64,000 nt of DNA from Eledone cirrhosa. Taxonomy: Eukaryota. Positions 46,667 to 60,846 of this stretch are shown here, one piece after another (within the stretch, counting starts at the first letter, position 1; every line of letters starts with the position of its first letter). The notes beneath the pieces were generated by a model. That model worked only from the letters and a program-made list of their open reading frames with translations, was not told the DNA's origin and did not search any database. The DNA is taken from positions 182,404,001-182,468,000 of the forward strand of contig OZ024740.1 of assembly GCA_964016885.1 (NCBI GenBank), written 5' to 3'. A program made the translations under genes and the position numbers.

Positions 46667-48489
46667 GTCTTGTAAGTAGATGTTTTCAAATTGTTAACTA
46701 TAATTTGACATTATCTAAACACTGAGAAGAGACATTTGTAAAAATAAGTAGTTTCAACTTGTTAAAATTTGCCTGAGTTTCCATAAAAGAAAATTACTGG
46801 CTATGTCTCAAAATTACTGGTCATACCTCACAATTTCCATAAGCATGGGATGATATAACTTGAGTTTCTCTGATCCTGTAACCTCTTTGCAATATAGTAT
46901 GGGTTGACACAAAGCGATACATCAGGTCATAGGCAATTTGCCTGAAAATATTTTGCCCAGCCCTCTCCAGGTCTGAGCACAGCAGATCTCTTCCAGAGAA
47001 AGATTGAAAGTTAGAGAGTAGGAGAATGGAAGTGATAAAGAGATATAGAAGAAGAATCAACCCCAGTACTAGACTGGTACTTTTTCTATCTACCTCAAAT
47101 TGGCGAAAGCAAAGTTGCCCTCAGTTCATAGTAATGCAATAATCTTCAGACATGATGGTGATGATGATGATTTGTAGTAGTGGTAGTGTAGACAGTAGTG
47201 GTGATGCTGATGGTATTGGTGGTGGAGACAGTGTTGATGGTACTGGTTGTCATGATAATGATTATGGTGGTCTTGCTGATGTTGGAGGTGATGATTATTA
47301 TAGTGATGTTGATGGGAGGACCAGATAACAAGAATAATAAAACTAACATGTAATTAATTTAAATGAGGAAATTTCTTTTTATTGTTTATTATATATATAT
47401 ATATATATAATTAGTCCAAGAAGACAATGACTTGTTGTATCACACACACCTGAATATAATCTTTTTTTCTTTTAATTTTTTAGTTGGCAGCAGCCAATAA
47501 TGCAATTTAAAAATATTTAAGAGTTAGACATAAGATAACATCTATCAAAAATCGCTTTTTTTAATTTTTACATTTATTTATATAAAACAAATAATATAAA
47601 TTTGCATATACATGCTACATTTGTATTTTTGTTTTATTTTAGATTTTAGATTTTTTGTTATATATTGTGCTTTCGATATATTTTAAAGCCATTAAGCAAA
47701 AATTTTAATACGATGTAATCAGTAGCTTCAAGAAAATAAGAACTGAGGAAAATCAATAATTTTCAATAAAATATTCACAAGGTGTTTTGAAGTTTTCGCA
47801 AAATTGCTATTATTTTTAAATGGAATTTAACTCTATTTAAAAATAATAGAAAATACAATTAAAGTGAACTATAGAGTTACAAACGACGAAATTGAGTGTT
47901 TCCTGCTTAAGCATCAAATTCGTTTGTTGGCAGCTGTCTGTTTGAAAATTTATGTTGTAAATATATATATCGAATGAAATAGCAAATAGATTTTAAAAGA
48001 GAAGAGACTTTTTCTTCTCTTTGTTTCAAATACCTATCTGAATGTTTTATATTTTAGTGTTTTATTAGTTTTACCTAAAACATTTCCAAAGTTAATTATG
48101 CTGAATAAAACAAATTTTTCTTTCAATAAAATTCAAATCTTTCATACTTGAACATATATAAAAGTGTTTCATTATTTAAACATTTTGTTTCAAATGTTTA
48201 TGTCTGTAGTAGTTTGGGGAGAATAGAAAAAAAATTAAAATTTCTCTAATGATGAATTACAAATCAATTGTTAGTTTTTGGCAATGTAGAAGCTATGTAA
48301 TTATTGTATTTAAAGAATTAGTCTTGAAAAAAGAAAAGGCTTCTAAGTATACTTCATTAGGTACTATTCTTTTCTTCATTCTGGCAATATAAACTATGTG
48401 AATGTGCTAGCTTTTTTTATACCTACTTCAGTTACAATACTGTAATCCTAAAGAATAGTACTAGGTGACCGCCATGTTCAATATAGAAA

Positions 48490-48870
48490 CAACCATCTTT
48501 GCCCACTTATTCCTGGGACAGGCAAGGGGACAGAGTCCTTAAGCACACCTTCCAATGATTCTTACTAGAGGCCACCATTTCGAGCTGAATAGTGGAGTTT
48601 CCATTCGCCATCCAGTACCTGAGCCACAGGACGTTGTTGAAGTAGCCTCAAACATATCTACCTGGTAGCATCTAGCTTCCTCCTTCTCCTAGTTCCTGCT
48701 CTTTGCCTGCAAAGGTTGTAATATTCCAGTTATCAATTGTCATGGTTTACTCATTTCCAGACCCCTCCGAGGTCTTGGGATATGAAACCTATGTGTTTCC
48801 ATCCTATGCCTCCCAGGGCAGGTCACAAGCTCATCACCAGTTCTTGCAGCGTTGGGAGGTGACTGTAATA
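48490..48870 (-). mobile_element. Internally deleted (bipartite) RTE family D element
   Basis: Minus strand: MTIDNWNITTFAGKEQEL (APE start) is joined near 48590 to QLEMVASSKNHWKVCLRTL, the family D C-terminus also seen at 24940 and 50270. Confidence 0.7.
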
Positions 48871-50169
48871 TATTTTTCAAACAAATCCTCTCATATACAC
48901 ACACACTCTTAATATCCCCTTTTGATAAAGACATCAAATGAATAAAAAGTTTGGTGTAGATGCTGCTGCCACCACCAACCACTACAGTCACTCTCACTTG
49001 CACACATACTCTATCTAACCCCTTTCCATAGTATGATGGACATTTTACACCACAAGTACACCAACCTTAATATAAGGGATAAGTAGATATATAGATAGAA
49101 GATAAGATCTAATAAGGACAAAACCTGTCCAAAGTTGTCGTAAAAATAATTAGTTACTAATCTAAAATTGTCTCCACTCAGCACTACTACTTTTAAGTAG
49201 ATTTTAGATACTCTATATTAAATATATTCAGACTATTTATGATATTTTATATATTGCATGATGTCAAAATCTACCTGTGTCTTATACACTAAAAATATCT
49301 TTCAAATATTACCGCATGGTTTTTTTCCAAACTTCTTATCAAAATAAAGCTATATCTTATACACTAGTGCTTCTTATATCCCTCCACATACCCTATCTTT
49401 GTTATGACTAATTTATGATATAGTTTCTGTTGTTTTCACTATAATTCTAGTGCATTACCTCATTGAGTTATCTGCTATGATTTGAATGGGATTCCTCTGT
49501 CTCAATCTAAGATGGAAAAATTAAACTATTGTTGTTTTGTCCCAAACAACCTCTGATTGAATAGATAAATAACTAAGTTATATTCAACCATGACAAACAA
49601 TATATTGTAGAGAATGAGGCAGATAGAACCAGTGATGAATGTTTGTCAAGGAATGAAATGGTTTGGTTATGTGTTGAGGAAGGGTGAAAGTGACTGGGTG
49701 AGAAGAGAGAAGGAAATGAAAATGAAAGGAAATAGAGAGAGGGACAACCACAAAGGACATGGCTAAGGATGATAGAAGAGACATGGTTAGGTAGGATACA
49801 GATGATAGGGCAAAATATAGAATCTTGTCACATTGAAAATAACCTTAAAATGCTTTTGTTGTACTTCGCCATAACCATCTTATTTTTAATTCAGGCAAAG
49901 GATAACTTGCACTACATCAACCAAAGTAAATGTTTGGGTGAGATTATAAAATAGATCTATCTCTTATATCTAGCAGGCCAGCTAACCAGAGATTATATTG
50001 TTGTTTTATATGTGATATATGAACTGATCTAAGAATTATATCTCAAATATTCTTTACCTCTCCGCTTCCTTAAAGACTGCTTGCCACCAAATCAACATAC
50101 TTATTCATTGTACAGTCACACTTATTAGTTGCCTAAACTAGTGTATCTGTTTCCCTGCAATTCATTGAA

Positions 50170-50430
50170 CATACCTCCTCCTACTCCTTCTTATTCTTTG
50201 CTTACTTATTCCTGGGAAGGTTGTCCTCAAACATTCCTTCCAGCAGGTCCTGTTAGAAGCAACCACCTCCAATTGATCCAGCTGGATCCTCAAGTGAGAC
50301 CAGAGGAGGTCTTTGATGTTATCAAACCATCTTTTTCAGGGTCTGCCCCTGGGTTTTCTATCAGTTGGTTTTGCCCATAAAAATCTACCAACTGATTCTT
50401 CCCAACATTCCAACATTCTAACAACATGTC
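50170..50430 (-). mobile_element. RTE family D 3' fragment
   Basis: Minus strand: KPRGRP*KRWFDNIKDLLWSHLRIQLDQLEVVASNRTCWKECLRT. A further relic lies at ~60345-60500. Confidence 0.75.
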
Positions 50431-51356
50431 CTCCTCTCTTTCCATTATGTATATTTGTTCATTTAAGGATTATTTCAACTCAAGGTAATCCTTTAGTGAG
50501 ACTCTCTAAAATGGAATAATATAGTAGAGAGTGCCAGTAAGGGTAATGTATGTAAAATTAGGATAAGAGTCATTTTTAATCCCCTGTATGTTATTGAGTC
50601 AGGGAGAATGTTCAAACCATAACTGTTATCTATTTCTATTGCTATCTGTTCACATTTTCCATGTGATTTTTAATACCTGTTTTTGTCCTCAGCTCTGAAA
50701 CAGTGAATCTCTCTGTAAAATATATTCTGCAGACAGTGTATAACTAAATATGTTTCAAACATTACTCTACATATAAGAATCATAGGACATCACAGCCTTA
50801 GCATATGAATCATATTAATTAGATTTTATTGCACACTAAAGACAAAAAAAATATTTTATGTTTTAGCCTTTTAGAGCTTTTGCCACTACATACATTGGTT
50901 CCTCTGACATTTAGCTTCATTGTAAATCAGAGAGATAATTGCTGCTAGGATGCCAGTATTCAGCTCAATAACTATTTTCCTCATTAATAGTACTCACCCT
51001 AAATATTAAGTGCTCAAAATCTATATTTATCGATTACTAATTCACTGAGGAGAAAAAGGACACATTCAATTTTAGGGAATCTTATTTTCATAGCCGTTTG
51101 CATGTCTCTTTGTAGATTCCCATACCATTTTTTTTCTCTTACTGTTTAGGTAGGGAGGGAAATGCAGTGCACATGACAACCTTTTGCTGAACCTCAGTGA
51201 CTAGTGAAAGTGAAGGAGAGATATATGCTCAAACTGGATACTTCAACTAAATGCCTGTAACAGACTGGATGTCCTCAAAGGCAATCAAGAGTGTTTAAAT
51301 ATGGTATGAGGTGTTAAAATAGGTGATGTATTTTTTATATCACATATATAGGTCAC

Positions 51357-51460
51357 AGGCACGTGGCTTACTGGTAAAAGAGTTGGATTCACTATCATGA
51401 GATTGCGAGTTCAATTCTCGGACCGGGTGATACGTTGTGTCCTTGAGTTCATGTTGCTCC
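51357..51460 (+). mobile_element. tRNA-derived SINE head
   Basis: ggcacgtggcttactggtaaaagag..gagttcaattctcggaccggg..gttgtgtccttgag. Confidence 0.65.
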
Positions 51461-53142
51461 TTCTTCCAGGAGTTACAACGGGTAAATAGTATCAGGAATG
51501 CAAAGATCAATGGAAACATTGTCTCCTTCATCTGATTTGACAAGTTCCACCATACTCGGTAACCAAATGAGTTATGAGATCTTGTCAATCAATTCCTTTT
51601 TATTAATAACTATAGGCACAGGTGTGTTTAAAGTTTTGCTTTGGAACAACATCTTTTTGGTTTCTATCCCCCTGCATGGCATCTTATGTTGTGTCTTCTA
51701 CTAAAGTCCGTGGCCCAACAAACACCTTGTTATTGACTTTATTAAAAATAACATTATATAATGTCTATTATATATGTGTGTGGGGATTTGCATACTATCT
51801 TCTTTGGCTTTTCTCTTCCCTCTGCATTTAACAGCATGGACACAGACAGTAATATTTGTTTACATTCTACAGAAAGAGGAGTTTTCTTGCTCAGTGGTTA
51901 GATATATGAAGATCTGTACCTTTAAAAACAAGTTAGCACCTGGACAGGTATCAAGTCATAGAATTCTGCCCCGAAAGGATTCATCAAGCCCATGCTAGCA
52001 CAGAAAAGTTGACTGCTGATGTTGATAATGATGATTATATACATTATGGAGATAAAATATTTATAGTGATGTTACATTTAGTAAGGGTATAAATATTCTA
52101 CTACTGCAGACATCTGCACAAGGAAGATTTGGACATACAAAGCAGTGATGAGGGCAATATTTTAAAGAGAACAGTAATTCTGAGTGAGCACTGACATTGT
52201 CTCAAAAAGACACTTTAGGCCTGACAGACAACCCCCACTCTAGAGCTGGAGGCTTGGCAAAATGTATTTAGTCCATCCTGTAAAGAGGTTAGTAATTGGA
52301 TGTCATCCAGCCAGTGAAATAATTTCCAAATTATGACAGGTGTAAATATAGAGGTATGTAATGAATAAAAACATTTTGTACATATTCTAGAAAAACATGC
52401 AATGAAACATACACAATAGTAAAAGCAAAGTAGATACACTCAAAACTAAGATTGTGAATGTAAAAAATGGCAAACATACATATATAAATAAGAAAACAAA
52501 TATTCTTAAGGACTCAAAGGAAAAAATATAAAATTATGTAAAAGGAAATATAAATCTTCCAAGAAGAAAAATCCTAACAAAACAAATATAACGAATTTGA
52601 TGCAAATAAATTATATTTTCACTTGGAAATGTATTAAAAAGTTATATATTTTTGTTAGGATGTTTCAGTATACCAAAGGCAATTCTAAAAACATGGTGAC
52701 AACTAACATAGAAACCGATCTTATACTAAAAATGAATCTACAAAATGTAAAATAAAGGTGGCAAATATCATTGAAAGGTAACAGAATGTTCTATATTCCA
52801 CAACTCTGTTTAGATGTAGCTTTATAGAATAATAGAAAACTATAATAAGCAAAACACACTCTAAGCTATTGAAGAATAACTAAAGAAAAATAAGAAGTGT
52901 AATACATAAATAGTGGATTCATACAAACTAAGATTATCATCCTCATCGTTTTTATGCCTGCTTTTCAATGATGGCAGCATGGGTTAGATGAGATATTATT
53001 AGAACAATATTCTATACTCTTCTTGAAACCAAAATATACTTAATAGATATACTTAATATGATACTTATTCCATTTCTCTTCATCAGACTGCTAAACTACA
53101 GGAAATAAATGAATATTTTAGTTCTTATATATATATAAATAT

Positions 53143-53918
53143 GAGAAAAATTGAAAATAATGTATTATAAAAAGGGTTGTGTCTTTTAAATATTTTATTT
53201 TGGCAAGGCAAATTTTAGTTACTGAGAATTAATATCTGTAGAAATTTTACATTTTAGAACTAACTTGAAAATAGCTAAAAAGGGAAAGGCTTTTAATGAG
53301 AAAATGACATTTTTTAGCATTTGGGAGAATTTGAAAATAATGTATTCTAAAAGCATGTTTTGAATAGTCTATTTCAGCCGGTTTTTGTTCGTGAGAGTGA
53401 ATAATTATGTAAAAATTTGCATTGACATTTTAGCCTGAAGTGGCTAAATAGTCAGAGTAGGAACAAGGCAGGGGGAAATGGTATCAATAGCATATGTGAA
53501 GAATTGAAAATGATGTTTTAAATGGTGCTGAATATTTTAAATAGTCTATTTCAGCATCTTTTAGCTCCTGGAAATGAATACATTTGTACAAATATTACAT
53601 TTTATAACTAGCCTGAAAGGGGCCAAAAATTGCTAACATAAATTGTACATGGAGAAGCCTTTTTCTGGAAATATTCACTCTCAGAAAATAAAATGTGCTG
53701 CAATAGACTATTTAAATCGTTTGCACATTTTAGAATATATAATTTTCAATTTTTTTCAAAAGAGAAAAAGATATTTTCCCCTACCTTAGCGTTTACAGAA
53801 TATTCCATTTTAAGTAATTTTCAAGACTTTTTATAAAATGTTCAGAAATATTCACTCTCAGTACTTACAATAGTTCATTTTAACATTTTGGCACATTTTA
53901 GAACAAATAATTTTCAAT
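53143..53918. repeat. Diverged ~175-180-bp unit array: three direct and two inverted units
   Basis: ttgaaaataatgtatt..aatagtctatttcagc..gagagtgaata-like units start near 53143, 53324 and 53498; reverse units with tattcactctcag..cacattttagaa..aattttcaat lie at 53668-53752 and 53845-53918. Confidence 0.65.
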
Positions 53919-56900
53919 GAAAGCACATTTTATGCACAGAGAAGCAGGAGGAATTTAATAAGATAATTAAATTTCCTACTAGGTTGATGTTTCAAAAATA
54001 ATTTAACAAAAGTACTTATAAAAACTTATGATAGAAGGTCGTTTGGTAAATATAATGCTTAAAAATCTAAGGCTGGTTCAACACAGAGAAACTCCCGTAT
54101 TGTTAATTAGATAATATGAGGAAGTTACATTTTGTCTTTTAAGTGCACAAGAAATACAATATAAATCTGTAGAAATTCATTCAAATTCTATGTGCAACTT
54201 TCTAAAGGGGAGATAACTATTGAAGAATAATATTAGTATTTCAAGAGACACCACAACAAGATGTACACTACAAGAAAGAGAACGATCAATCAATCAATCA
54301 ATGTAAAATGTTAATGAAACTTTGATTAACTCAATATTACTGCCAAAGAAAATTAGTGTAAAATAATATAAGAGTTGGCATAGAGATGACTGTGTGATAA
54401 TGACATTTTTTTTCTGACCACATAGTTTCAGGATCTGTCCCACTGTTTGGCACTTTGGGCAAGGGATTTCTGCTATAGCTGCAGGCCTGCTAATTCCTTG
54501 TGAGGGAATTTGAAGATGAAAATAATAAGGAAGCCCATTGTAAATATATTTCAAAGTGTTAGATCATTTTCTCACTTTCCTTTTTTCTAAGATGGGTGAC
54601 TAGCAACTACATATGATTTCTTCACTCACCCTTTTTTCCATTTCCCTCTGACATCCTTTGACAGCTTTCTATCAAACATCCTATCTTTTCTCTATATCTT
54701 TCTTCTGATGAAGGACTAGTAGCCAAACATTAAGAATCTTATCTAATTACTTATAGTCCATCATTATCGTGTTGATCTTTTGTCATCAAATGTTTTATGC
54801 TAGCTGTATTAATTTTTGTCGATAACCATAATTAATTTGTGGGATATATCAATAACATTGATCCCATTATTGGATGATTTGATGATCATGAAGTCACTGA
54901 TCATATTAAACTATTGTTGGTTGTCCTCACGAATTTCTTTATATGTTGCTACTTCACTACCAAATTATCTAGCGATATACTCTGCATCTGTTTAACCCCG
55001 TCTAGCATTGAGTAGGAAAGTGACTGGCGCAATATTGTAGTACCTTATATTGTATGAATCACCTTGTGGTGTTGTGATTTCATCAACTTATTAAATATAT
55101 ATATATATATATTTATATACATTTATTAAAATAACAGATTAAAATTGTCTATGGTTTTTATATATTTGATATATATATTATCCTTATCTAACCCTCTTCG
55201 GATTTTAGTCTTCATATTTATTATTATTACTATATTAATATACATATATATGTATAAGCATGTCTGTGAGAGAGAATGTGTGTGTGTGTGTGTCACTGTG
55301 AAAATGTTTGTATCAACATTGTTTTAAAAAGCAATCAGCTATATGTATTCATGTGCACCATAAATAATACATCAGTAGTATATATTATACTTAAAATAAA
55401 ATAAGGGTTGGCATTAAGAAGTGCAGCCAGCCAGTAGAAAATTCCCTGAAAAATCACCAACCAACCCATGGCAGTATTAAAAGCACACAGACAAACATGT
55501 GATGTTAATGATAAGATGGATTTTTATACCCAATTTTCTGAAGTCAGAGACAATAATACACTGGTCAGACAAAATTATTTCACTTTAAATTTGTAATCAG
55601 CTAAGTCTGGATGTATAGCAACACTAATTAATTATTGTCATTAGTTTTAATGTTACAATGTAAACAGCAGAGATGTTGTTTATGGTGCTAATCTAACAAA
55701 TTACAATCTAATCATATGTAATTTTGATTCATTACTACTTTCATTTGCTATTTTTACATTGATGATAAACCATTACTGTAGTCATTCAATAACTGTTTAT
55801 TATGTTTTTATGTTTATGTGTATTTTCAGAATGGGAATACTGTATTAAAGTCCAGCTCTTTTTGCCCACAAGCAATTATCTGTTCAGCTATTTACATAAT
55901 TCTTCTTTACATTTGATATTACATGATTGTATGGTAGACATTGTCGAGTTTGAAATAATTCCTAATGAAGTATTTACTCATTTTGGTGCAGCGAGTAGAT
56001 ATGAGTAAAACAGCATCATACTAAATGTATAGGTGGCTGAGCATTTCAAAGATACATGTACCCTTAATGTAATAATCAGAGAGATTCAGAATGACACAAT
56101 GTTTGACAAGGTTAGCCTTTTGAATTATAGGTACAGTCAATCTGACAGGCATTCATATAGTTTCCATACCTAGATAGGTTTAGTTTTCTTCTTTGAGGTT
56201 GCATCTTACAAAATTCTTGAGTGGTTTAATGATATGAGAATCAGTCTTATCTTGTTACATATCACCATTTTGCATTGCAGAGAGTGGTTACTGTTGTCTT
56301 TGGAAAACAAATTTGATACACTAAGCCATGGCCTTCCAATGTAGTTGATATTAATATCCCAGGGTTTGATGGAATTATTCAAGGGTTGATTGAAATGTTG
56401 GGCCTAAACATATCATTTGTATTAATGAAAATACATAAAATACAACTTGATTATATAGTATCCTATTTTTATAACCTTTTAAAAATGCACATACACAGAT
56501 GCACATGCACACACACATATGCATATGACAGTCTTCTGCACAGTTTCTGTCTCGCAAAGTTTACTCACAAGGTATTACCCAACCCAAGCCTATTGTAGAA
56601 GATTATATCCCAAAATGCTACGTATTCTGGCTGAATTTGAAACCACATGGTTGTGAAAGAAACTACGTAACCACACAGACATGCTTGCACATATACTTGC
56701 CTGCCTACCTACTACATACATACAAGCACACAGATACATACATACACACACTCATATATATATATATATATATGTATATATCATCATCATCATCATTCAA
56801 TGTCTATCTTCCACGCTAGCATGATATATATATATATATATGTTAATGAAGCTATCAGACTAGGAATCCATATAGCCCCAGCTGGTGACATAAGATTTGA

Positions 56901-56989
56901 CAATGAGAATGCACAAAACTATACCTCAGAGTGCACACAATACATTATTTGTAATGGAGATGACTGGACTTTGGTAGTGGTATATATAT

Positions 56990-57205
56990 ATAACAGGAAA
57001 TGCCAGTAGAAGGAAGACGTGGTAGAGGCAGACCATGGAAAACATAGGCGGAGGTGGTGAGAACAGACCTCAGATCGCTGAAGCTCCCGGTGGAGATGAC
57101 GAAGGACCGTGACAAGTGGAGAGATGCTGTGCTGAATAAGACCCATCCCACCCTTACAAGCAGGGAAAAGCGGACGTAAAATGATGATGATAAAATGATG
57201 GTGAT
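56990..57205 (+). mobile_element. RTE family B 3' fragment within (TA)n (shorter copy at 57866-57975)
   Basis: caggaaatgccagtagaaggaagacgtggtagaggcagacc..gctgaataagaccc..gcagggaaaagcggacgtaaaatgatg is the reverse complement of 18545-18745. Confidence 0.9.
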
Positions 57206-57944
57206 GATATATATATATATATATATATAGCGTGTGTGATTATGTGCTATGTTCATTTATATATAAATGCTACCTTAGTAAAAAATATTTTATTTAATAA
57301 TTTTTTGATTATGAGATTCTATGTAAACATACTTCAATCTTTGATTTTGCTTGAGATTCTTCATCCTGTCACTCTGTCCATCACCATATTTCATTTTGTA
57401 TTCATTAAAATCAATTATGTTCTCCAAACTTTATCAAATATACATGCACTAAATTATGATCACATATGTATTTATATACGTATTTGTGTATGTATGTTTA
57501 TATCTATCTATGTATCTTCAGAGTGTTCTTGTCAAAAAGTAAATACATTGTTAAATTTTTTTAAAGTCTCTTTTTTAAGACAGACAAATAGATAGAGATA
57601 TGTAGATAATTAGATAGATAGGTAAAGATAGATAGAATGACTGACAGAAAGACAGTTAGGCAAACATATGGATAGCTAGATAGATAGATAGCGACGAATG
57701 CAAGAAAGTTCTCCAACAAAGTTAACCAGGGATCTTTAAAATTCTTCCCACCGAAGTTAACAAAGAACTTACTAGATCTACCAACTCATAATATTATAAT
57801 ATTATAAAATTAATCAAATTATTTAGTGAAGTCATTCTTTTCCTTTTTTCAAATATATATATATATATGACAAGGGGAGAGATGGTGTGCTGAATAGGAC
57901 CCACCCCACCCTTGCAAGCAGAGAAAAGCAGATGTTTAAATGAC

Positions 57945-57975
<31 letters not shown>

Positions 57976-57984
57976 TGTGTGTGC

Positions 57985-58074
<90 letters not shown>

Positions 58075-59948
58075 GTATATATATATATACATAGGCATAC
58101 ATATATTTCTAATGCTTATATGTATATATATATGTGCGTGTGTGCATACATACACAGAGACTCACACACATACATGCATATCCTTTTATTTCTTTTTTTA
58201 TTAACTCCACCTATCTGTCAACAATCAAGATGAAAAGGAAGCTCTGTTGAGGGGTAGTGGTTGGGCAGGGTTGAGACAGAACTTCCCAAGAAAACAAAGC
58301 TAGATAAAAAATTAAAAGAGAGACATTGTTTTATCAACTCTGAATGAAAAGAAAAAAAACTAAATCATACAATAGAGAACTTTTACAATTGATAATTATA
58401 TCTAATTAGGAGCAACCACATTAATTGGATTGATTAGAATGACAGAGAATGTCATGTAAAATAAAGGGATGTTTTCTTATAAATGTTACTACTAATACTC
58501 CTTCTTTTTTCTTATTTTCTCAGCTTCATAGTTTGTGAACTTTATTTTTTTCTATATTTTGGTGGGCATAGATTTCAATGTAAGAGTTTTAGCACTTTAT
58601 TATTTTACTTGTTTCAGATATTAGACTGCGGCCAAGCTGGGGCACTGCTCTGATACTTTCCTTTCAAGCTAGTTTTTTTTTTTTATTGATCACTTTTTGT
58701 TTAACCAATAATTTATTAGATGTAAACAAAAACTAAAAATATATAAAAATATGACACTCATGTGCACACATATAAACAACAGGCTTTCACATGGTTTCTA
58801 TTTATCAAAATTCAATCACAAAGCATTTTATTCATTTATTTGCATATTTATTGTAATATATCAACCATTCATTTATCCCCAAAATATAAAACAACTGTTT
58901 TCAATCTTTAGTATGTGTATGTTTCAGAAGTTAAGGGCTGAAACATTTGCTTGAGGGGAGTTTATTCTCTGAAGACCTACTGCTATAAAGCTCTTCTGAA
59001 AGTTATTTTTTTACCACTGTATAAGTGGGTATGCAGCCTAGAAGTGAGGGTGGGAATGACATGATCTTGAGGGAACCTATTTCCCTCATGTTGTAGATCC
59101 ATTCCTTTTAAGTATTTTGTGTACACTACATGCACATATCTGTAGCTCACACACAAATCTTACATATTTAACACTGATTACTGAAATATGTAATGAGCAG
59201 TTTGAAAAGAGAACACATATGTTTCATATTAATGTTGGTCCTATTCAAAGTTTTGGAGGCCTCCCTTTTACATATTCTGAGCCTAATTTCAACTTTGCAC
59301 ATGCTTGTGTGTGTGGTGGGGAAACACTTTCTCAGTATTTTAACATAATTTTGTTGAATATAATTGCATCCTTTCAGATAGAATAATTAAGAATAAATAA
59401 TAGATTTACTTTCTCCAAATAGCTTTAGTAATAGCATGAAGTTCAATCAACAAGGTCCCAGATCTCATTGCTTATTGAGTGGGGTGAAACCCATCAAATC
59501 AGACCAATAAAACAATGTTTTATTGGGTCTTTCCATTGTTGATACTATCTACCAGTTGCAACCCCTGGATGTAATAAAAATAAACAACCATGAAGGAATT
59601 ACAAATGCAAACCCCTAGATGTCCATCATATTTCGCAATTAGAATAGTAAACAGCAAATGTAAGATAATATATAAATCAGTTTTGTGTAAGTGAAACAAG
59701 GTCCTCCAACCTGATCACTCACAATTTCCATGCCACCCCTGCTAGCATGGAAAATGGACGTTAAATGATGATGATGATGATGATGATAAAATACTGATAT
59801 TATTTAGTTGAAAGCCAACATTACTTTTGCTTGGCATATACAGAAGACTAATGAGATACATTTCATTCTGGTAATTTTTTAAAGGAGGTGCAGACATGTC
59901 AAAAATAATGAAAATGTTATTATTTAGTAAACATAAGGAAATCTATAT

Positions 59949-60188
59949 TTAACCATTTCATTTCCATATTTCTAATGAAATACACTGCCTATGATTTTCA
60001 AATAATTTTGATAATAATCAAGAATTTGGAGAGAATTAGTAATATGACTAAATTTCTCATTATTTAGCTGATATTTAGAACATAGCTTAAATGGTCTTAC
60101 ATAAAGATATGAAGAAAGGTTTTTAAATAAACACTTCAAAACATTAAAACATGCATAGTTTCATGCAATTTGAAATCAAAAGAGTTAA
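59949..60188. mobile_element. Possible piggyBac-like MITE
   Basis: TTAA|ccatttcatttc ... gaaatcaaaagag|TTAA; imperfect short TIRs. Confidence 0.4.
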
Positions 60189-60846
60189 CGGTCTACAATA
60201 GTGTTTTTTAAAGTGGGTTCCTCAAAATAATGTATTTTAATAGAATATTTCATAATTTTAATATGAAGAAATTCACTCTCTAATAGAATATTTCATTCAT
60301 CTGTCGTATTACAAAATGGGGTGATGTGGATATTTTTTCCTCCTCCTCCCTTTTTTTCTTTTCACCTACTTATTCCTTATTATTAGTCATCAGAGGGCCG
60401 GATAAGAAGCAACCATCACTAAATGATCTGGCTAAAACCCCAGGCAAGACTGAGATTATAGATGTTATCAAACCAACTTGCTCATTATCTACCATTAATA
60501 TACAGCTAGTCCTTTCTTAGAGGTTCTAACCACATGCCAGTAGTACAGGAGTAGTGGAAAAGAAACAGTTCTACCTCACTGATCTCCAAGCTATGCACCC
60601 TATCTAATAACATTACTCCAAAGACCCTTCAATGGAACCAAATTTTGGTCACTTGTTTCGTTGGTATTGGGGACCTCTGGTAAAACATAGATTAAGGTTC
60701 TACAATTCTTAGAAAACTATATAAGTGTACCATGACCAAATATGTTTGGGAGTACCTGATATATTGAAGAGTATTTAATAAAAATGAAGTCATTTGGAGA
60801 TGGATTTCATTTCAGATTCCTGCAGATATTATTTGCTTTTATATCT

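Noticed and set aside
49270-49392. pogo/Tigger-like MITE end (repeated tcttatacact)
   Set aside because: Only one eroded end is visible, with no partner TIR.
51125-51300. Plus-strand splice acceptor (polypyrimidine tract + tttag) and possible exon
   Set aside because: All three frames stop within about 45 nt; a non-coding exon cannot be excluded but is unsupported.
52200-52300. Minus-strand branch point and acceptor (ctaacctctttacag) with possible exon
   Set aside because: All frames stop quickly and no partner exons were found.
56842-56980. Short unique island reading AIRLGIHIAPAGDIRFDNENAQNYTSEC between (TA)n runs
   Set aside because: No recognisable family or splice signals; needs a similarity search.
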